64,000 nucleotides of DNA from Tubiluchus corallicola (taxonomy: Eukaryota; Animalia; Priapulida): NCBI GenBank assembly GCA_030141605.1, contig JAQGDQ010000195.1, forward strand, positions 248,001-312,000. Reading direction: 5' to 3'. Of the stretch, positions 1-37,700 are shown in pieces. The notes beneath the pieces are model-generated. The model made no database searches, was not told the DNA's origin, and worked only from the letters and a program-made list of their open reading frames with translations. The position numbers were made by a program, and so were the translations under genes. The stretch's first letter is position 1. Every line of letters starts with the position of its first letter.

Positions 1-103
1 GGAACATTCTCGGACTTTCTAATCTCACTTTATCAGAACTGGCAACACTAGCACAGTGGAGCGATCTACTACTCTTTGATTTTGTCACGGGAAATTATGA
101 CAG
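1..103 (+). CDS. fj: four-jointed-like Golgi kinase, penultimate exon (5' truncated by the window edge)
   Basis: Translates ...LSELATLAQWSDLLLFDFVTGNYD(R), matching the Fj/FJX1 motif QWxDLxxFDYLTxNxDR; GT donor at 104, phase 2. Confidence 0.8.
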
Positions 104-400
104 GTATCAGTCTAGGACTCTAGGTGAAAAATGTTATTAAGGGTTCTCTATCAAAGTAATATCGAAGCATGTTGCAGTCAAGCATAAGTTCGTGCACACA
201 GTTTGGTAAACAGCGTAAGTATTGATTTCACGTTTTATATAAATGCGTCAAATAAAACGCTACGCAGAAGGATTTAGTCATGTGAATGTGAAAAGCTAGT
301 TAACCATAAAAGAAACATTAACTAGACGCCGACGGTCGCTGTAATTTGTTAATGTTCTAATTCAAATCTTCAAGAAAATTCACAGTTGTTCTTATTTCAG

Positions 401-878
401 ACTTGTCAGTTTGATTCACGCTTCAAGGACTCAAAAACTTCCCAACTTGTTTCGAGGAAGAATCCACAATCTAGCTAAACGAAAATCTGATACAACAATG
501 TGGTTTTTGGACAACGAAGGTGCCTTCTTCGACGCATTTACGCTACTGCAACAAGGCAGCCATAGCCGCAAACATGGCGATGTTGAAAACGTGAGCAGCA
601 AAAACAGCAATACTAACTTTTTTGCAATACACAGAGAGCTTTTGCAGACGATGTGCGTTTTCCGACGCAGGACGGTTTCTCGAATAAAGCGGCTTTATAA
701 TTCGCCACAACCTGCAAATCTTTTACTGAAACTTGTGCGTGAACGTGATACTCTTTTTGAAGACATGCTCGCAGTTCTGGATAAATTTAAATTTCTGGAA
801 ACTTTTGCCTCAAGAATCAAGGAAGCTTATGAGTGGATAGAACATTGCCAAACGTTGAACGATCATTCCATGTCCTAA
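401..878 (+). CDS. fj: four-jointed-like Golgi kinase, terminal exon
   Basis: Acceptor ttatttcag ends at 400; in frame with the previous exon (R-LVSLIH...). Contains HNL, FLDNEG (catalytic DNE motif) and LLQTMCVFRRRT typical of the Fj family; stop TAA at 876-878. Confidence 0.8.
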
Positions 879-1009
879 CCGCAGCTAAATTATTGTTTTA
901 ATGATTAATTAGCCAAAACTTAGTAGAGCTATCTTTAAATTAGGATAGTATTTTAAGGGTTATACTTAGTATCTACTATTAGTTAAAACAAAAATTAGGA
1001 GAAAAAATA

Positions 1010-1500
<491 letters not shown>

Positions 1501-1961
1501 TAAGAAAAAATTAAAACAATAAACCGCCCTTACAAGATACAAAACATAAATTGAAGCTGAGCAGCAGAAACTAAAATACAACGAATTTGACCGACCAAGT
1601 AGCGCAATATACATTTGCTGGTGACACATTTACGATAAGCTGAACGCTTATACAATTAATGGTAGTATATGTTACATGAAATTAATTTTAAAATTGCAAT
1701 GATTGAATAACACACTTCTGATTGTTGGCAATGACAATAATTATAGTTGTTCATGAATTTTCTCTGTGTTTACGTGATCTACTTTATGAGTTTTTGAGCA
1801 ATAGGTAAACAGTTCGACTCTCTGCATTGTTTTTGTATTACTTTCGTTTCTAGAATGACCATGGCACATTTTGTTAAAGTTGTTTGAAAGCACTGCTAAT
1901 GACATTAAATTGTTGTAATTTTATTAAATTCGGTTTTGAAATAAGTAAACAATGCTTGGAG

Positions 1962-2250
<289 letters not shown>

Positions 2251-2772
2251 TTTATTATTCAACTTTTAGTTTAAACACCTCCCTATCGAACTTACCAATT
2301 CTTTTTTCAGCATCGCATTGCGGAAGCCCCCACTAATCACTGACGACACATTTTTAATTAATTTATTGACAAATACAATATCCTTGTGCAGAATACACAT
2401 GTTTCAACAAAACTCAACAAATAAATTTGACTCAGATGACTGAATTATCTACTTTTTGTCAAAATGAAGATTTAAATGATTATTTAGGTTTCGATTTAAA
2501 TATCGTAGACTTAAATGCCACGCATGCGTAGAGGATACTGATTGCTTCTGGGCTAGATGATATCAAAAATATATCTGCTGATACATGTTGGTAAAATATT
2601 GTACTGGGAAACTATTAACTGCTTGCTAAAATTCAAAACTTTTAAAAGGAGAGTATGATCAAACAGAAAAAAACAAAATCAACAAATAGCCAAACAATAA
2701 ATAAATAAGACGTAAATAAATAAATGAATGTAAAAATAGATAAATAAACAAAGAATATATAGGTAATATGCC

Positions 2773-2850
2773 CTGGCGTTGGCAGCCACTGGTATCGAAC
2801 TCAAGACTGCGCAGTTGTAGTCCTAAATCTAAACCACTTGATCACACAAC
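2773..2850 (-). mobile_element. tRNA-derived SINE head (degenerate)
   Basis: Minus strand shows A-box-like TGATCAAGTGG and B-box GAGTTCGATACC at tRNA-like spacing; no intact cloverleaf acceptor stem. Confidence 0.5.
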
Positions 2851-3439
2851 ACAAGAAATACCAAATAAATAAGCAATCAGATTGTTCCTTCTTAATCTGA
2901 ATTATTTATGCCAGCAAGAGCTGCTAGAGCTGAATGAAAGAATTTGTGGTGTGCTAGAATCTACATTATTGATTTGTTGTGCCATCATGTAGAAGTGCAG
3001 CATCGGCGCATGCGCAGCACCTATGACACACTTTTCTCTGCTGTCATAAATGATTTTTACCTTGGCATTATTAGTCAATTATGAACTCGATAATGGCAGC
3101 AATAAATTGAGAAGGATTGTCGGACGTAAAACAGGATGTTCGTACGCGGATAGACTGCTGTTATTCTTTTGCACAGACGTCCATAGTTCTATGCATCTTT
3201 TTGCAGAGGAAATGCCATTAAATAAAGCTTTGTATTCAAAACACTGCAAACTATTCGGATGAACCGAAATTTGGACCCCACTTAAGATGTTGCACATCGA
3301 ATTGAAAATTACAATAAAGTCACCGAAAATCAAGAAAAGGATATGATTTCGACATACAGGGTGTCCAGAATTGATTCATCAGCCATGCACCAAAAAGAAA
3401 ATATCGTATGAAGCCATGACAATTATTAGACAAAAAATA

Positions 3440-3700
3440 TGATAGCAACATTTTGTGTATTGTAGATATCGGTAGAAATCATAAGCGGAAAAAAATACCT
3501 GTAGAACGTCGAATATGCAAAAATTGTTATTTGAACAAAGTAGAGGATGAATTGCAATGTCCACTGAACGTTCATGTAAGAGAGGAATGTTTTGGTATCC
3601 TTTCTGACTTTTGTCCTAACTTTCATTATATGTCTTCCAATGCAGTGCCTGTTTTTAAATGCATCACAAGATGTAGAAGTTATCAAAGTTAATGCTAGAT
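3440..3700 (+). mobile_element. degenerate non-LTR retrotransposon (LINE) ORF2 C-terminal fragment
   Basis: VDIGRNH...PVERRICKNC...VEDELQCP resembles the IETGR...ERxCxxC...VEDExH...CP tail of CR1/L2/Jockey-group ORF2; AATAAA and an AT tail follow near 4115. Confidence 0.6.
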
Positions 3701-3798
3701 TGGTCCACAAAATATTTGAAGACATGCCCGACTGAGATAACTCAGTGCAAGCTTGATTGACTGGCTAACTGTAATAAATATGTAATATTAAGTTTATA

Positions 3799-3985
<187 letters not shown>

Positions 3986-4507
3986 GCTCTGTTGTATGCG
4001 TTTTTGTGCTTGAACCATTATACCACTTATATGTGGTTTCTTTGTTTAGATGTATAATGTTTTTAAGTCGTTTTTTATTTATCTCCTGTAATTTCTTTTC
4101 TTAATGGTTTATTAAATAAATATATATATTACGTCTCAAAGGTCACTGTGCGCTTTGATTTCGAATTATTTTTTAATTCTCTAATTTCGATGAATCAAAA
4201 GGAGCATCTGGCAGTTCTTTCTATGTATTTATTGGCTAGAACCTCATCGCTATGGCGGCCAATGTAACGTTAGAAATGAGGCGCAAAATCAGAAATGAGA
4301 TTCTCCGAAGTACAGCGGGAATTCAGACCAACACATGGACTGCTCTATTCTCTCACTATTAACAATGTAACTTCCTCAGCACTCATGGGCTGGGAGACAT
4401 TCTCTCAATGCAAGATACTCGGCTTGATATTGCCTTGGTCTCTGAACCTCTTGTGAAAAGATAGTACAAATAGCAAAGCCTGTTAGTGCAGTAGTTCTTT
4501 TCAGATA

Positions 4508-4561
4508 TCGTCATCATCATCATTATTATCGTCACCATCATCGTCGTCATCATCGTTATCG

Positions 4562-4607
<46 letters not shown>
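4508..4607. repeat. (ATC)n microsatellite
   Basis: Direct reading. Confidence 0.95.
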
Positions 4608-4889
4608 TATATTTGTCCTTTTTGAAAATTTCAAAATTGTTGTTTTTTTCTGGCTTCACTAGAAGAGAAAATACACCGTGTTCTTTGGCTGACTGAAAAG
4701 ATAGTGCAAATAGCAAAGCCTGTTAGTGCAGCATCGTCTAATTTCACTAAAAGAATTGCCAAAGGTTTTAGTTCACCTGCACCATTTTTCAAATGTTTTG
4801 CCAAAAAAGATAATTTAGAAAATGTAAAGTGTGTAAGATCTACGAGACATCGTGTATTCAATTGCGACAATTTTACGTCTGGAGAGTAG

Positions 4890-5110
4890 ATAACGCGGAA
4901 AAATTACGAAAAAGTCCCAATTTTGCTATGAAAAGGAGTCACGAGAAAAAAAATCACCATTAATTTTGACTATGGTTAGAGTTAGGGTTAAGGGTTAATG
5001 ATAAGGTAATTTGTTTTTTCCGGTGTCTTTTTCCTGAGACTTTTCATTTCACTTTTTTCTGTGACTTTTTTATCAGTGACTTTTTTCCTGTGACTTTTTA
5101 CGTGGATTCA
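4890..5110. mobile_element. palindromic MITE-like element with AAAAAGTCAC/GTGACTTTTT subrepeats and a central GGTTAG tract
   Basis: Inverted subrepeat arms around ggttagagttagggttaagggtta; a second related copy lies at 22425-22590. Confidence 0.55.
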
Positions 5111-6505
5111 TACAAGCCGAATACACAAGTGGCTGATTGCATTGTTTTACTTATTCTTACCGTGAGACAAAAAGTGTGACGTCACTGGGTAATGTTTTCG
5201 AGTCTTTTTTATAGCGAACAGAGGAATTTTTCGCGTCTGAATTATTAAAATTCATTAAACTGAAATAATCCATTTTAGGCAGTCCGAACGTAATCACAAA
5301 ATTTAAGAAAACCTATTTTTGGAAACAATTTAATTGCTTTTTATGACGATGAAAATACCTAATCATTTTATTGGCGTTATCCAAAGAAATTAATTCTCAT
5401 AAATCTGTAAAGAACTGATCAAAAAAATCATTTCCCGCTTAGCAGAAACACAGCCGCTGTTTTCTCCACCCCCTTAGTAAGACCCGGGCTCCTCTAATGA
5501 TTGGATTTTTTAAATTTTTGTGTGTAAATGTCTCGTGTTGACTATGACTCGTCAGTCAGCCCTGTGGGCATTGGAAAAGCATCAGTTTATGCGCTGCTAC
5601 TGATCTGGTATGTGAGCCCAGCCATGCTCAGGTGCAAATTGCAGTTGCAAGAGAATAATATGTGTCAGTGGGGCACTTTCGTTTGTTCACTCGGAAAATC
5701 AGAGACGGAACAAATCACGGAAATGCTTCGGGGAAGAAAAGTGGAAGCATCATAGCCTATGCTCATTCAATAACAAACTAATTTAATAGTTCAAAAATAA
5801 CTATATTTCGTCTTGTTGCACCCCCATGTCAAACTAATTGATCTGGACTTTTTGAACCTATTAAATTACAATGACGCAATTATTGTGGCTAAAATAAATT
5901 ACCATTATAAATGCAAAAAATATAGGTATTAAACGGAAATCGTTTGGAAACCAACTACTGCAAATAAAACTTTTCAACAAATAAAAAAGTTATTAAAATC
6001 CTTAGCACGTCACCAGTTCAGTAATTTTAACTTGAAGTTGGATTTTCTTTTTTAATCAACAGTTTTCGTTGCTAACTCAGAGTGGTCATGCACTTTGCTC
6101 ATTGAGCAGAACACAATAACAGTTGTGGTTCGTCTCGGCTTTTACAGTGACCCAAAAATCAAAACACTGATATAGGTTACGTGTGAATGACGAAAATGAC
6201 GGCAGAGGAGGGAGTTTAACAGGTGTTACTTGAGCCGACGACGACACTCAACCGTAGCAATCTCGATCTTAAAGTGAAAGGGAAAGCAGCTGTGTTGGCT
6301 AGGACGCGCTGTCAGCAGTTGGAAGTCCTACCAGGGTCGGTGCCGTCTTCCCCGGGTCACGTGATCTACCAAAGATCGTAGACTTGCTCGTTCGCTTTCC
6401 TCAAAAACGATCATCGTTTTTTTAATGTATTGCAGTGATACATGTAGCTAGGCATCAAAGCTAGCTGTGTTTTTGTACATAAGCGCACACAGAAGCAGGA
6501 AGATC

Positions 6506-31778
<25,273 letters not shown>

Positions 31779-32546
31779 AGCATTGTAGTAAGAATCACAC
31801 ACATTTAGTTAGCACCATCCTGTAAACTTAAATTTTACTGCAAAAGACAGCATCTTTGATGGATCTTCATCATAGGATGGCCTAATTATGTTATAAATGG
31901 TACCCAGTCTCTACAGAAATGCAACTACCGTGAAGACTGGACATCAGACAAACATGGCACAGAATATTGCATCATATTTTTACAGTAGTGCAATACCAGT
32001 AAAAAACATTAACCAAGAAGGCAAACTTTGACTGCCCCGTCTTTATTATTAAATGTTAGCAATCGCAACGAATTATACTTCGAGACTCTGCACAAGAACA
32101 AATAGGTAGAAAGCACAAACGTAATTCTGTAGCCAGTGAAAAGCAGCATTTACACGTTGGCAAAGTCGCACTCATTGGCCAAACAGAGCATCACATGACT
32201 TTTCCAAAATACATTTGCATTTAGTTTGTCGGAAAACATACCACATTCACTACTAGGATTTGTAACCTTTTCATGTAAACACTGACACAAAGACAACCTT
32301 GACCAGTTATAAAAAAGACAATAAACAAAATGAACGTGGCCTACCCCCAAAAACCAAACTGGACCGTATTTGATCAAAATGCAACTCACAATTAAAATAA
32401 ATGAATATGACGATGAAATGTATCTAGATCAAAAAAATCTGTTCTGAATCAGTGATCAAAGTACCAACACAGGTGGAACATGTTCTCTAATTGTTTTAAT
32501 CTGCGAGGTCTCCGTAATGCATGTCTGTTTCGTCTATCTGACGATC

Positions 32547-32617
32547 GGCCACCTAATGGGTCAGCTAAGGTCACCTAATGGGTCAGCTAAGGCCATCTAG
32601 TGGGTCAGCTAAGGTCA
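32547..32617. repeat. 3 x 22-bp tandem repeat
   Basis: gg(c/t)ca(c/t)cta(a/g)tgggtcagctaa x3. Confidence 0.9.
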
Positions 32618-32996
32618 GTAAATGTATCAACAAAGTTTGTCTAGATAACTGTGATGTAAAAATAGCGATTTACACTCGTATAAAATCATGAAATCTTCTA
32701 TAATTTGTGATAATTTTTTTGTTACAAACCTGTACCGTATACTAAAAATGTCGATAGATTAGTAGAACACTGAAGCATTTTAATTAACTGTAACTGGTTT
32801 ATTTGCACTGACCTTCACATTTTGAAAGCTTGTTTCAAGTTGTTTGTACATATTTATAGATCATGAATGTATATGAAAGTGATTTTGATGCCGAAGTTTA
32901 TAGATTACTAAGTTATTATTATATTCACCATTCTTGGCTCTTACACAAACACTAAATGCATAGATTAGGTAGAATACTTTGATAATGTCTCATGTA

Positions 32997-33174
32997 CAGT
33001 CGAACCTCTTTATACTGCCTACTTTGGGACTATAAAAAAATTTGGTGTTAAGCGAGTTTGGCATTATGACAAGTTACATTAATACATGTCTATGCAAATA
33101 CAGACATACAGCCAAAAATTAAGAAACTTTGGTGTTATAAAAGGGGGAGGGGGCGTTATAATGAGGTTTGACTG
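32997..33174. mobile_element. pogo/Tigger-like MITE copy
   Basis: TA|CAGTCGAACCTCTTTATA...TATAATGAGGTTTGACTG|TA. Confidence 0.8.
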
Positions 33175-34734
33175 TAATACTAATTGTCAATTTGAAGCTT
33201 AGTTAAGTAACAGTAGATTATGCAGCTTGAGGCCCCTTACAGACTGTCATGCTTTCCGAAAGATTCTTGTAGTGCTACCAACCGTCACTGTCATTCAAGA
33301 GCGACAAAGAAACAATAATTAACAGTGCTTAGAAACACTGTAATCCCACATGAGTCTTATGTCTGATTGTGCATACTGCCACTCAAAGATTAAGAGCAAT
33401 TTACACTATCACTGTGGCAGTAATGACCAGTTTATCAAAGAAGCCTTGCATCTGTGTGGGCCTTAACTTCGCTGCAAATATTAATTCATAATTGCCGATG
33501 ACATGCCAGTGATGATGATGCTTAAGCAAACGGCAACAATAAGTAATTGTTTATGACTATTGTTTGTGATTTGATTTACGAGTTCATGACACTTCTTTAC
33601 GACAAACGGTGGTGGTAACCTACCAATCAGTGGTAATGACATAACAGCACATGACAGAATTTCAATGTGATTTTTGTGCAATCTGTGATAGATAGTACTC
33701 AGTAGTTACCAGTAATTTTTATAAATTTATATGAAAAGATTTACATTGTTACTTGTTACATTCTTTTAAGTCTAATGGCACTATGTATGTAACCGGACAG
33801 TAATGTGAAACTGAACTTCTGTCCTTTCATGTGAGTTACTTTTAAAAAACAGCTACGTACTCTTCAATACTTTGCACATCAGATTGTTTTTAGCTATAGT
33901 TTAAAGTTGGATCCTGTTCCCAGTTAAATTCCGTAAACAAACAAACATAAATGCAAAAATTCTTGAGTTATCTGTGCTAGACTATTTCGCTTGTATGTAA
34001 AAGTTGTCGAATCAAGTGAAGTGATGTAAATTTTGTAATATAAGTTGTTTAAGTTTCGTTGTTATTCACACTGTTGTTATGAAAAATGCTATAAAATGTA
34101 CAGTTTATTGCACATAATAGAGTATTATTATTAAAACACAACAGCATGAATTTTATGTTTATCTTACACTAAGTACATTAGAATATGATTTGATTTTACC
34201 TAAAACCAATCACACGAGCATCTATAACATTCTAGCTAATACTTGTTTAGCTTCTGCTGAGAACACAACGAATCATGATCAGTAAAAACGAAAAAATTCT
34301 ATGAAATTTTCTGCAGTAGGTATAAAATAAAGTGCAGAAACTACAAGGGGTAAAATGTCCTATCTGTTACAATAGGATACATTATTAGCAAAAAGCAGAA
34401 AGCACTTATCAAATCATATCTGAAAAACTACTGCAAAAAACATGACAGAGGCACTTAATATGGCATCTAAAGCTAGAAAAGAATGCCAATGTACTAATGT
34501 ATATAGTACGAAGCAAATAGTATATAGAAAAGTATACAATCTATTCTGGCAACAAAAACAATTTCCTGAGATCAATGGAATGAGACTTAACAAGATGCAA
34601 GCTATAACCACATAGACTACGCACATTTTAATTTGTGTACCTCTACATTAAAAGAAATAGATGAACTCATTCCAGTAACGCAGCACAGAAACTGAACGTG
34701 ACCTTAAACCCACTTCATTCATTTGGCAGCGTTG

Positions 34735-37700
34735 TCAAGCAGCCTCTTTCGACATACCTTTTTTTAAAAACCACTCGTCGCTTTTGTCTTTTTCAATTGC
34801 CTACAAAATACCAGCATTGTTCACTACATTTGCAACAAAATAAATAAATTAAGAAACATTCACTCGGATTTTCTTGATTAGATTCTCGGTGTTAATGTGA
34901 CACGAGGAAACCTCATTTCTTGTCTTGCAACAGAGTGAGAATTTTCTCCATGTAAAACCAATTTTATGGAAATTCAAGCAATTGGAAATACTGATCAATG
35001 GCACAGCTAACGGGGAAGCAAGGGGAGTAAGTGCTCCCCCCAAGCACAGTTTTCAAAATTGGCACACACCTTTCCAACAATTTTTTTTAACTCTAGTTCA
35101 CTTGTGCAATAAAAAGCAAGTGTTTTTTTTATTTATTTATTTTAATCGCATGGTCTGGGAAGAATTTTCTGGAGTCATTGCTTTACTTGACTAACGTCCC
35201 TCCTGTGTTTTTTGAAATGAGAGGGCATTTACGCATCTCATTTGTCAAAGTTCACCGACTGAATCAACGGTGAAATTGCCACAAATCTAATTACAGTCAA
35301 ACCTCGTTATACCGCCAAACTCATTTACCACCTGCAAAATGGCTAGGAACAAAATGGCTGCATTAAACTGTATGTAAAAAATACCCATTACCTGCAATCG
35401 GCCAGGTAAATTAATATATACGTTCAATGGGGAAAATACCGCCAGCCACGCCAGTGACCTTGATATTATGAAAGCTGTACGAGGTGCTATACCCTCTTCT
35501 GAGTAACTGACACTGACAAGACGTCACATGTCGTGTAAAATAATGCATGCCATCATGCTTTGATTGTTTTCAAGCTGTACTCTGTACACGGTGCAATCAC
35601 AATAGTAAAGGACTGACAGCTCTATATTATTGTCAATGTCCTGTCATAATAGCAAATGACAGAAAACATGTAGTTCCTTTTTCGCCACAAGAAACATGAT
35701 AGTTACTTGTTTTCTAAGAATCAACCAAGCAAATCCCAGCAAGAAATTTGCAATTATGACTTAACCTTTTTTTACATGTACATGATTAGTGGAGCAGTAG
35801 GCCTACAACCTTGTTAGACTGCCAACCTCATTTACCGCCTACAGCCTACTGCTTGTATATAGTTGAGTACAAGACATGTTTATTATGTAAACAAAATGAT
35901 TTTGCACGAGCCATTAATTCACAAATGATTAATTTAATAATTTTCATTTTAATTCATTAACATTTAGAGTGAAAATTAAGGACTCTAACCCGTGTACACT
36001 TGTCTGACTGTTGTGATTCGTCTATGGCAAAATTTAACACACATCGTTATAATGCCAAACTCGCTATAACACCAACTTTTTTTCTTGTCCCAAAATGGAC
36101 GGTATAAAGAGCTTTGACTGTATTATAACATATTCTTGTCACACGCAGATAATGTCTGTTGTGACATAGACAAACATTGCTTCAATGTGTACGACCTCTT
36201 TTTTGTGTGCTGCTCCCCCAACTTTAGAACCTGGCTATGCACCTGGTACTGATGCTTTCATTTTGATACTTAAATGAACAACCTTTAAGGGGATGAAGAC
36301 ACAATGAATGACCAGCTAATACCTGAGACAGCAAATCATCTGCTTTTGGATCAACTTGTGACAGCTCCCGGAATGCCTCATCACCAACAAAGCAAATTTC
36401 ATGGCCGTCCTGCAAAGATAAGAAGCTTTTTGGTTAAAAAGGAATAAGAGGCAATTTCTAAAGTATATCCCAAAAGAAATTTCCATACAGAATTATATTG
36501 CTTAGAATTATGCTTACCTGCTTGAAATACTCATACAATTGGAAAAGAAAATTCTCAATAATTTAATATGTTAATGCCAAATGGCAAAACATCACAGTGT
36601 GCACCATCGGTTCATCAAAAAATGATTAATGATCTTATTGACAATATAAAGTAAATTATACTTTTGCTTTGTAAGTAAAGAGTGTGCTATGAATGATCTG
36701 ACTTTTTCCAAACTTTACACAATGTTACTTAAAACTTGTTTCAAACGACATATTGTTAAAATGGCTGTACTTAACAGTCATTGCAGGGAGATTAAATTTA
36801 CAAGTTTATACAGCATTGCTGCTAATGCAACTTCTGTAGGCAATAAGACAGTATGTAGGTGATACAAAATTTTAAGACAAATTTCTTATGCCTTTTTATG
36901 AGACGTGTATTCTTAGGCCTTAATGGCTGACTATCCATAGGCACTTTATTAATTCGTCAACATGAAAGAAGATTTTACTAATCACCAATCACTTGCTAAA
37001 CAAACAATTATAAACCTATTCAAAAGCCAAAAATGAAAACTCAACCAGTTCAGTTCTATTGCTTTCTAGTTTCTAACACGTGCAAATCTGCACATCTTGA
37101 ACTTGGCAAAAATGTCTCAGTGAACTAAGCATAAAATCAAAAGCTACTTTAGAATTAAAAGGAGGTATGCACATTAAGAGCTAACTGTAGCCACAACCCA
37201 GATGCAGAAAGTTCCTAACTACTGATGCAATTAAAGCACAAGAAAACCTTCAACTTACATAAAGCTTAAAAATTTGTCTTTAAATTTTATGCCACTTACA
37301 CACAGCGTTTTTGCATATTAGACTTGCATCAGCAATAACGCTGTATAAAATGTATAAATTTACACTCCTGTGATGGCCGTTAGACGCAGCCATTTTGACG
37401 ATAAGTATTTGAAACAAGTTTAGACAACATTGTGTAAAGTTTAAAAATAATCAGAGCATTCGTAGTGCACACGTCACTAACGTAGTAAAATTTAAAATCA
37501 CTGTATCTTGTCTATAAGATTAAATATACATTTTTGGTTAGCGACATTTTACCAAATGGTGAAAACATTTTAAATGATTAATAATTTTCATTTCCATTTA
37601 CATAAGTCTAACAAGTCTAACAGTCTAATAACTCTAAATTGCTATAAAGTAATATCATTTCTTAAGGCAATTTTTCGGAAACCTACTTTAGATACCCCTT

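Noticed and set aside
2773-2850. Functional tRNA gene
   Set aside because: A and B boxes are present but the stems do not pair into a cloverleaf; treated as a SINE head.
4974-4998. Telomeric TTAGGG-like tract
   Set aside because: Only a few imperfect units, forming the centre of a MITE-like element.
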